Part shown: positions 1 to 4,531 of the stretch, one piece after another
Layout of the letters: each line of letters opens with the position of its first letter
Position numbering within the stretch: position 1 is the stretch's first letter
The notes under the pieces: model-generated
Told to the model about the DNA's origin: nothing
What the model saw: only the letters and a program-made list of their open reading frames with translations
Database searches by the model: none
Source of the DNA: a virus
Lineage: Duplodnaviria; Heunggongvirae; Uroviricota; Caudoviricetes
Reading direction: 5' to 3' (one strand)
DNA length: 4,531 nt
IMG/VR virus record: IMGVR_UViG_2706794682_000007
Program-made: the position numbers and the translations under genes

Positions 1-11
1 AGTATTAAGAC

Positions 12-31
12 TATCACTTATTTAAGTGATA
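12..31. repeat. 20-bp perfect palindrome tatcacttat|ttaagtgata with TATCAC half-sites
   Basis: Read directly: positions 12-21 are the reverse complement of 22-31. TATCAC is the consensus half-site of lambda cI/Cro operators (from memory), but this palindrome is 20 bp rather than 17 bp and lies in a region that may be coding (frame 1 is open from position 1 to a TAA at 160-162). Confidence 0.5.
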
Positions 32-183
32 CTGGTTGTCTGGAGATTCAGGGGGCCAGTCTACGGACATTTTCTGCCTGTGGACCAGGAAAGTGCACGG
101 GTGCTTTCCACTCCCATGAAGCCCGGCAATCCGCGCAGATACAGTAATAAACGAACTGACAGCAGTAAGATGGAGCGTTTCTT

Positions 184-441
184 TTGAACAACCAGACAAT
201 GACTTTTACCCCTGAACAATTGCGTAAACACGCGCAGGAAATGCTGCGTCATGCTGAACAACTCGAAAAAACGGGCATAACAAAAGACGCTATCCGTAAA
301 GATATGGTACCCGCGCTTCGGGAACTGATGCAGGCGAAGCATCGCGCACAGAAAGCAGTAGATGAGCTGGTGGACTGTGTGGCAGAGCTGGAAACCAGAG
401 TCGGAAAGTTTGAAAAACTGGTGCAGGAGGTGCTGCGCTGA
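184..441 (+). CDS. hypothetical phage nin-region protein (85 aa), helical and charged
   Basis: ORF with TTG start at 184 preceded by GGAG (174-177); alternative ATG at 199. Its TGA stop overlaps the rusA ATG in an ATGA junction at 438-443, indicating translational coupling. Position immediately upstream of rusA matches nin-region organisation of lambdoid phages. No family recognised. Confidence 0.55.
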   Translation: MNNQTMTFTPEQLRKHAQEMLRHAEQLEKTGITKDAIRKDMVPALRELMQAKHRAQKAVDELVDCVAELETRVGKFEKLVQEVLR

Positions 442-815
442 TGCGCCATGAGTTTATTTTACCTTATCCGCCGACGGTGAATACTTACTGGCGACGTCGT
501 GACAACACATATTTTGTATCAAAAGCCGGTGAGCGTTATCGCCGGGATGTGGCGCTTATTGTCCGTCAGCAGCGACTGAAATTAAGCCTGTCCGGAAGAC
601 TGGCGATAAAGATTATTGCAGAGCCACCGGATAAGCGCCGTCGTGACCTGGACAATATCCTGAAAGCACCACTGGATGCACTGACACATGCGGGAGTGTT
701 AATGGACGATGAGCAGTTTGATGAAATCAATATCGTTCGTGGTCAGCCAGTATCTGGTGGACGTCTGGGGGTGAAGATTTACCCCATAATGCATGAAGAG
801 CAGGTCAAAAAATGA
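441..815 (+). CDS. rusA: RusA-family Holliday junction resolvase (crossover junction endodeoxyribonuclease)
   Basis: 124-aa product is of RusA size and contains ...RRRDLDNILKAPLDALTHAGVLMDDEQ..., matching the catalytic acidic cluster of E. coli RusA (RRRDLDN...DAL...DD) as I recall it. AGGAGG at 425-430 lies 10 nt upstream of ATG 441. Stop overlaps the next gene's ATG at 812-815 (ATGA). Confidence 0.9.
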   Translation: MRHEFILPYPPTVNTYWRRRDNTYFVSKAGERYRRDVALIVRQQRLKLSLSGRLAIKIIAEPPDKRRRDLDNILKAPLDALTHAGVLMDDEQFDEINIVRGQPVSGGRLGVKIYPIMHEEQVKK

Positions 816-1526
816 AACTGGAAGATTTACCGAAATACTACTCCCCAAAATCCCCTTGCCTGACCGATGCATCGGCCTCAACGTCAAAAGATGCGCTGAG
901 TATCACTGATGTGATGGCCGCGCAGGGCATGACACAGAATCGGGCTGAGATGGGGTTTTCTGCGTTCCTGGGGAAAATGGGCATCAGTATGAATGACAGG
1001 GCGCGGGCAACAGAATTACTGGCAGATTATGCACTCAGTCGGTGCGATCGTGTGGCGGCGTTGAGAAAACTTCCGGCAGAAATAAAACCGGTAGTGATGC
1101 GCATTATGGCTTCGTACGCTTTTGAGGATTATGCCCGCAGCGCAGCGAGTAAAAAGCANNNNNNNNNNNNNNNNNNNNNNNNNNNNNNNNNNNNNNNNNN
1201 NNNNNNNNNNNNNNNNNNNNNNNNNNNNNNNNNNNNNNNNNNNNNNNNNNNNNNNNNNNNNNNNNNNNNNNNNNNNNNNNNNNNNNNNNNNNNNNNNNNN
1301 NNNNNNNNNNNNNNNNNNNNNNNNNNNNNNNNNNNNNNNNNNNNNNNNNNNNNNNNNNNNNNNNNNNNNNNNNNNNNNNNNNNNNNNNNNNNNNNNNNNN
1401 NNNNNNAACCAGATAACACGCGCGTCATGGGAAAAAACAGTTAAGAAATTTTATGATGCGCTGGTGACCCGGTTTGATATTGAAGAAGCATGGGCTGAGC
1501 GGCAGTTAAAAAAGGTAACTAGGTAA
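812..1526 (+). CDS. Q: lambda-type late antiterminator Q, interrupted by a 248-nt N-run
   Basis: N-terminal part (812-1158) MKLEDLPKYYSPKSPCLTD...DVMAAQGM... parallels lambda Q (MRLESVAKFHSPKSPMMSD...DVMAAMGM..., from memory). C-terminal part (1407-1526, ends TAA 1524-1526) ...WEKTVKKFYDALV...VTR parallels the lambda Q C-terminus (...WSRTVKPLYDALV...VTR). The two parts are in different frames relative to window coordinates, so the N-run is either not true length or hides a frameshift. A lambda-like PR'/qut lies immediately downstream. Confidence 0.8.
1159..1406. other. run of 248 N (assembly gap or masked sequence) inside the Q gene
   Basis: Directly visible run of n characters. All ORF-track residues shown as X derive from it. 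Confidence 0.99.
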
Positions 1527-1531
1527 CAAGG

Positions 1532-1571
1532 TTGATTTTTCCGGAATCTGTGGTAAATTCGTTATAACGAT
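1532..1571 (+). promoter_or_regulatory. PR'-like late promoter with qut-type pause element
   Basis: -35 ttgatt (1532-1537), 16-nt spacer, TGn-extended -10 taaatt (1554-1559), predicted start near 1566, then the -10-like element aacgat (1566-1571) followed by ggg. The stretch ggtaaatt...aacgatggg closely mirrors lambda PR' (GGTAAATTTGACTCAACGATGGG, from memory), where sigma70 re-binding to AACGAT causes the +16/+17 pause at which Q loads. Confidence 0.7.
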
Positions 1572-1607
1572 GGGCGTTTTATGCCTGACGTTAGAAGAGT
1601 TTCTACA

Positions 1608-1630
1608 ACCCGCCGCCGAGCGGGTTTTTT
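1608..1630 (+). terminator. intrinsic terminator, tR'-like
   Basis: Stem acccgc (1608-1613) / gcgggt (1620-1625) with loop cgccga, followed by a T-run through 1630. Lies about 45-65 nt downstream of the predicted PR' start, so would release a short 6S-like leader RNA in the absence of Q. Confidence 0.75.
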
Positions 1631-1750
1631 ATGACTGAAATCGCGTCAGTACAGTAAACGCGCTGGTGGCGGTGAATACCTGTCTTTCAGCTTGCTGGCT
1701 TTTTCGACAAGAGTTATTGGTGTGTCACGTTAACCGGAAAAGGAAAAGAC

Positions 1751-1948
1751 ATGCTAAAACAGCAGGATATGACAGAAACCGCCAGAGTGGTGTTTAATGA
1801 ATTAAGCGTTACCGAACCGGCGACAGTCGGGGAGATAGCGCAGAATACTTACCTTTCACGCGAACGCTGCCAGTTAATACTGACCCAGCTGGTTATGGCG
1901 GGTCTGGCAGACTATCAGTTCGGTTGTTACAGACGCCTTCCGCAGTGA
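1751..1948 (+). CDS. small helix-turn-helix protein (65 aa), first ORF of the Q-dependent late transcript
   Basis: ATG at 1751 with AAGGA SD about 8 nt upstream. Segment TVGEIAQNTYLSRERCQLILTQL has an HTH-like helix-turn-helix pattern (by eye). Codons checked by hand: both Ile codons are ATA, 2 of 5 Arg codons are AGA, plus one CTA. Confidence 0.55.
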   Translation: MLKQQDMTETARVVFNELSVTEPATVGEIAQNTYLSRERCQLILTQLVMAGLADYQFGCYRRLPQ

Positions 1949-1958
1949 AGGCTTTTTT
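1935..1958 (+). terminator. possible intrinsic terminator overlapping the stop codon of the 65-aa ORF
   Basis: Stem gccttc (1935-1940) / gaaggc (1947-1952), loop cgcagt, then tttttt (1953-1958). The TGA stop (1946-1948) lies in the hairpin. Only a 6-bp stem, so moderate strength. Confidence 0.45.
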
Positions 1959-1975
1959 ATTTGTGGTAAATGGGC

Positions 1976-2006
1976 GGCTGGTGGGTGTTAGGGGCACCCA
2001 CCAGCC
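1976..2006. repeat. GC-rich 12-bp perfect inverted repeat (stem-loop) with 7-nt loop
   Basis: ggctggtgggtg (1976-1987), loop ttagggg, cacccaccagcc (1995-2006); exact reverse complements. No T-run follows, so not a canonical terminator. Lies between the 65-aa ORF and the methyltransferase gene. Confidence 0.6.
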
Positions 2007-2047
2007 ATCTGCTCATGCGTTGGGTTCACAAGCAAACCTCAGGCCCA

Positions 2048-2066
2048 CTGCTTTGCGCAAAAGCAG
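2048..2066. promoter_or_regulatory. near-perfect palindrome ctgctttgcgcaaaagcag, candidate operator
   Basis: ctgcttt (2048-2054), gcgc centre, aaaagcag (2059-2066); 7-bp arms complementary with one extra A. Lies about 35 nt upstream of the methyltransferase ATG. Binding function is inferred only. Confidence 0.3.
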
Positions 2067-2098
2067 AATGAGCCTATCAGAGACAGGCTTAATGATCC

Positions 2099-3157
2099 AT
2101 GCTTAATACTGTAAAAATATCCAGTTGTGAGTTAATCAACGCCGACTGCCTGGAATTTATCCGGTCGTTACCCGAAAATTCTGTTGACCTGATAGTCACG
2201 GACCCGCCGTACTTTAAAGTGAAGCCTGAGGGCTGGGATAACCAGTGGAAGGGCGACGATGATTACCTGAAGTGGCTGGACCAGTGTCTGGCGCAGTTCT
2301 GGCGGGTGCTGAAACCTGCCGGAAGTCTTTACCTGTTCTGTGGTCATCGCCTGGCATCTGATATCGAAATCATGATGCGTGAACGCTTCAGTGTGCTGAA
2401 CCATATTATCTGGGCGAAGCCGTCCGGACGCTGGAACGGATGCAACAAGGAAAGCCTGCGGGCGTATTTCCCCGCCACAGAGCGCATTCTGTTCGCGGAA
2501 CATTATCAGGGGCCGTATCGTCCGAAAGATGCCGGGTATGCGGCGAAGGGCAGTGCACTGAAACAGCATGTGATGGCCCCGCTGATTTCTTACTTTCGTG
2601 ATGCGCGAGCTGCCCTGGGGATAACGGCAAAACAGATTGCAGATGCCACAGGAAAGAAAAACATGGTGTCGCACTGGTTCAGTGCCGGTCAGTGGCAGTT
2701 GCCGAATGAAAGCGATTATCTGAAATTACAGGCGCTGTTTGCCCGGGTGGCAGAAGAGAAGCATCGGCGTGGTGAACTGGAAAAGCTCCACCACCAGCTG
2801 GTGGATACGTATACCTCACTGAACCGGCAGTATGCGGAGCTGCTGAGTGAATATAAACATCTGCGGCGGTATTTTGGCGTGACGGTGCAGGTGCCGTATA
2901 CCGATGTGTGGACGCATAAACCGGTGCAGTTCTATCCCGGGAAACATCCGTGCGAAAAACCGGCAGAAATGCTGCAGCAGATAATCAGCGCTAGCAGTCG
3001 TCCGGGTGACCTGATTGCAGATTTTTTCATGGGGTTGGGTTCGACAGTGAAAGCGGCACTGGCGCTCGGGCGTCGTGCAATTGGCGTTGAGCTGGAGACT
3101 GAACGTTTTGAGCAGACGGTTCGGGAAGTACAGGATTTAGTCAGCCAGAACGGATGA
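2099..3157 (+). CDS. DNA amino-methyltransferase (N6-adenine or N4-cytosine, beta-class motif order), no restriction partner in window
   Basis: 352-aa ORF. Catalytic motif IV DPPY (LIVTDPPYF) near the N-terminus and AdoMet-binding motif I FxGxGS (ADFFMGLGSTV) near the C-terminus; this IV-then-I order is typical of beta-class amino-MTases. A roughly 100-aa insertion between the motifs is a likely target-recognition region. No restriction endonuclease ORF is adjacent. Confidence 0.88.
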   Translation: MLNTVKISSCELINADCLEFIRSLPENSVDLIVTDPPYFKVKPEGWDNQWKGDDDYLKWLDQCLAQFWRVLKPAGSLYLFCGHRLASDIEIMMRERFSVLNHIIWAKPSGRWNGCNKESLRAYFPATERILFAEHYQGPYRPKDAGYAAKGSALKQHVMAPLISYFRDARAALGITAKQIADATGKKNMVSHWFSAGQWQLPNESDYLKLQALFARVAEEKHRRGELEKLHHQLVDTYTSLNRQYAELLSEYKHLRRYFGVTVQVPYTDVWTHKPVQFYPGKHPCEKPAEMLQQIISASSRPGDLIADFFMGLGSTVKAALALGRRAIGVELETERFEQTVREVQDLVSQNG

Positions 3158-3197
3158 TATTGAAGAATTAATTACGCGTCGTTATTATGCGGCTCCC

Positions 3198-3273
3198 GGC
3201 CCTTTAGCTCAGTGGTGAGAGCGAGCGACTCATAATCGCCAGGTCGCTGGTTCAAATCCAGCAAGGGCCACCA
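3198..3273 (+). tRNA. ileZ: tRNA-Ile2 type (anticodon CAT, lysidine-dependent AUA reader); by anticodon alone cannot be told from tRNA-Met
   Basis: Hand-folded cloverleaf: acceptor ggccctt/aagggcc, D-stem gctc/gagc, anticodon loop ctCATaa (anticodon 3231-3233), T-arm gctgg-ttcaaat-ccagc, discriminator a, encoded CCA 3271-3273. Nearly identical to E. coli ileX as I remember it. Gene name follows the ileZ-argN-argO trio of Stx phages. Confidence 0.88.
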
Positions 3274-3280
3274 TCACATA

Positions 3281-3357
3281 CCGCCATTAGCTCATCAGGA
3301 AAGAGCGCCAGCCTTCGAAGCTGGCTGCGCGGGGTTCAAGTCCCCGATGGCGGTCCA
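3281..3357 (+). tRNA. argN: tRNA-Arg (anticodon TCG)
   Basis: Hand-folded: acceptor ccgccat/atggcgg (C1-G72), D-stem gctc/gagc, anticodon stem ccagc/gctgg with loop ctTCGaa (anticodon 3315-3317), T-arm cgggg-ttcaagt-ccccg, discriminator t, CCA 3355-3357. Confidence 0.85.
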
Positions 3358-3370
3358 TTATCTGCATCAT

Positions 3371-3447
3371 GCGTTGTTAGCTCAGCCGGACAGAGCAATT
3401 GCCTTCTAAGCAATCGGTCACTGGTTCGAATCCAGTACAACGCGCCA
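3371..3447 (+). tRNA. argO: tRNA-Arg (anticodon TCT, AGA/AGG reader, argU-like)
   Basis: Hand-folded: acceptor gcgttgt/acaacgc, D-stem gctc/gagc, anticodon stem attgc/gcaat with loop ctTCTaa (anticodon 3405-3407), T-arm actgg-ttcgaat-ccagt, discriminator g, CCA 3445-3447. Confidence 0.9.
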
Positions 3448-3461
3448 CACTTATTTTCCCT

Positions 3462-3487
3462 GGCTCGCTTTTGCGGGCCTTTTTTTT
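3462..3487 (+). terminator. strong intrinsic terminator after the tRNA trio
   Basis: Stem ggctcgc (3462-3468) / gcgggcc (3473-3479) with one G-U pair, loop tttt, followed by eight T (3480-3487). Confidence 0.8.
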
Positions 3488-3683
3488 AAATGTCTCACAA
3501 TTCAGACGGTTGACAGTTGTCTGTTTTGCGGGGAGTTTGTTAAAAGAAACTGGCATGGTGAATCCCCCTGTGCGGAGGGGCAATCAGCGAGTAGGTATAT
3601 GGGATAATCGCGGATTCAGGTGCTGGTACTGAATTCACCGGGAGGCACCCGGCACCATGCAATGGCACATAGCGCCACTCTCC

Positions 3684-3710
3684 AGCCCCTCTCCGGAGGG
3701 GCTGTTTATA
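3684..3710 (+). terminator. GC-rich hairpin with U-rich tail at the left edge of the AT-rich island; possible terminator
   Basis: agcccctc (3684-3691), loop tccg, gaggggct (3696-3703), then gtttatattgattttg on the + strand. On the - strand no U-run follows, so it is not a canonical terminator for the convergent gene. Confidence 0.45.
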
Positions 3711-3735
3711 TTGATTTTGTCAGATGTGAGTAAAC

Positions 3736-3769
3736 TCCTTATGGACTTTGTTGTTTTAGTCCATAAGGA
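3736..3769. repeat. 12-bp perfect inverted repeat overlapping the 3' end and stop codon of the reverse-strand ORF
   Basis: tccttatggact (3736-3747), 10-nt loop ttgttgtttt, agtccataagga (3758-3769). The minus-strand stop TAA (3739-3741) lies inside the left arm. Confidence 0.6.
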
Positions 3770-4074
3770 CATATTTGCAGAGTGCAACGGTTATTAAAGC
3801 ATTCATTCAATACGTTATCTGTATTTGTAGGGCATTCCTGGCTATTTTTGATTGAATTCCAGAATGTTTTATTGAATGGTACTACGTTGTAAATGGTTAC
3901 AGGTAGCACTTTGTTATTGAGCATGATGCCTGTGTGAGTCAGTGTAAATATACTTTCAGGAGGTAAGAAAGCATCCGATTGATACCAGATTATTAATTTT
4001 ATTTTACTCCATATGACTGAAAAAGATATTCCGCATGATGGCTGGATAACTGTATCAATCACAATCCACTTCAT
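3739..4074 (-). CDS. hypothetical protein (111 aa) in an AT-rich island, opposite in orientation to the phage late operon; candidate moron
   Basis: ATG is the complement of 4072-4074, with an AAGGA SD (complement of 4081-4085) 7 nt upstream. Hand translation reproduces the ORF-track protein. 6 of 13 Ile codons are ATA and 2 of 8 Leu are CTA, unlike typical E. coli usage. Several Cys near the C-terminus, no obvious signal peptide or TM segment, no family recognised. Possible sigma70 promoter on the minus strand: -35 tttaca (complement of 4136-4141) and -10 tatact (complement of 4115-4120), spacer only 15 nt, so weak evidence. Confidence 0.55.
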   Translation of the reverse strand: MKWIVIDTVIQPSCGISFSVIWSKIKLIIWYQSDAFLPPESIFTLTHTGIMLNNKVLPVTIYNVVPFNKTFWNSIKNSQECPTNTDNVLNECFNNRCTLQICPYGLKQQSP

Positions 4075-4319
4075 TTAGTTTCCTTGTTTATGCCTTGCTG
4101 GTGATGTTCTGAAAAGTATAAATGATATTTTTGAATGTAAACCATAGAGCAGAATTATTTTTCTGATGTTGTTTATTGTTTATTTAAATGCAGGGTGGTT
4201 TATATCTCGTCTTGTAGTTTATCCATGCATATCTGCTTGATAATCAGGTTTTTATTTAAGGTATGGTTTTGTGTTTTTTCTGTATTACATGTCAGGTATT
4301 TTAAAGAATTATTTTTCAG

Positions 4320-4508
4320 ATGGTGGAAAGAACCATGGCATTTAAACACTATGATGTTGTCAGGGCGGCGCCGCCGTCAGATCTTGCGGAAAAGCTGACA
4401 CATAAACTGAAAGAGGGCTGGCAGCCGTTTGGTAGTCCGGTGGCCATAACCCCTTATACCCTGAGGTGTACTGGCAATAGCGGACACTACCATTTGTTCT
4501 TTTTTTAA
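4320..4508 (+). CDS. small phage protein, DUF1737-like (assignment from memory), probably first gene leading into the lysis module
   Basis: ORF from ATG 4320 (alternative ATG 4335 preceded by a purine-rich stretch ggtggaaaga) to TAA 4506-4508. The motif KHYDVV...EGWQPFG resembles small DUF1737 proteins I recall from lambdoid prophages just upstream of holin genes. G+C content rises sharply at the ORF start. All three Arg codons are AGA/AGG and the single Ile codon is ATA. Confidence 0.55.
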   Translation: MVERTMAFKHYDVVRAAPPSDLAEKLTHKLKEGWQPFGSPVAITPYTLRCTGNSGHYHLFFF

Positions 4509-4531
4509 GCAGCCATCTGATGATATTTTTC

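Noticed and set aside
14-342. Minus-strand ORFs 14..199 (61 aa) and 61..342 (93 aa)
   Set aside because: They overlap each other and run antisense to the well-supported + strand ORF at 184-441 and the open + frame at 1-162. No convincing ribosome-binding sites or recognisable domains; most likely chance ORFs.
249-887. Minus-strand ORFs 249..449 (66 aa) and 699..887 (62 aa)
   Set aside because: Entirely antisense to the hypothetical ORF/rusA and the rusA/Q junction, and of low-complexity composition (Ser/Thr/Cys-rich). Typical shadow ORFs of real genes.
812-1444. ORF-track models 812..1444, 1122..1526 and minus-strand 1129..1428 running through the N-run
   Set aside because: Their apparent length is created by translating N as X. 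Only the flanking real sequence supports the single gap-interrupted Q gene; the minus-strand model is almost entirely X.
1924-2106. + strand ORF 1924..2106 (60 aa)
   Set aside because: Spans the hairpin/palindrome-rich intergenic region, overlaps the end of the HTH ORF and the methyltransferase start, and has no SD. More plausibly non-coding regulatory sequence.
2168-2674. Minus-strand ORFs 2168..2674 (168 aa) and 2406..2630 (74 aa)
   Set aside because: Fully antisense to the methyltransferase gene, which has clear catalytic motifs. These are shadow ORFs.
3377-3632. ORFs 3377..3583 (-, 68 aa) and 3399..3632 (+, 77 aa)
   Set aside because: Both overlap the third tRNA gene and its terminator. 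tRNA genes and a strong terminator are much better supported than coding potential here.
3488-4330. Shiga toxin genes (stxA/stxB) downstream of the ileZ-argN-argO-like tRNAs
   Set aside because: The architecture resembles Stx-converting phages, but no ORF of the expected size and orientation for stxA (about 315 aa) or stxB (about 89 aa) exists here. The only ORF is a 111-aa reverse-strand protein with no resemblance to either.
4195-4398. + strand ORF 4195..4398 (67 aa)
   Set aside because: Lies in the AT-rich promoter-like region, overlaps the better-supported DUF1737-like ORF in another frame, and encodes a highly hydrophobic, low-complexity product; likely an AT-rich chance ORF.
1-4531. 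CRISPR array, insertion sequence or integron elements
   Set aside because: No regularly spaced direct repeats, no terminal inverted repeats flanking a transposase-like ORF, and no integrase or attC-like sites were seen. The inverted repeats found are isolated hairpins.

Overview
This window reads as the late-regulatory region of a lambdoid (lambda-like) prophage from an enterobacterium, probably Escherichia/Shigella. All calls are by eye from the sequence and remembered family features; no searches were run. Left to right on the + strand: an 85-aa hypothetical nin-region ORF, a RusA-type Holliday-junction resolvase, and a lambda-type Q antiterminator gene broken by a 248-nt N-run. Then comes a PR'-like late promoter whose -10 and pause element closely match lambda PR'/qut, followed by a tR'-like terminator. 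Downstream, where Stx phages carry cargo, sit a 65-aa helix-turn-helix ORF, a 352-aa DNA amino-methyltransferase with no restriction partner in the window, and three tRNA genes (Ile2-CAU, Arg-UCG, Arg-UCU) with a strong terminator. The most interesting part follows: a GC-rich structured spacer, then a ~0.6-kb AT-rich island carrying one reverse-strand 111-aa ORF of unknown function (a candidate moron), then the start of a small DUF1737-like ORF that probably leads into the lysis cassette. No Shiga toxin genes, CRISPR array or IS element is visible. The cargo ORFs are rich in the rare codons ATA and AGA/AGG that the adjacent tRNAs decode.
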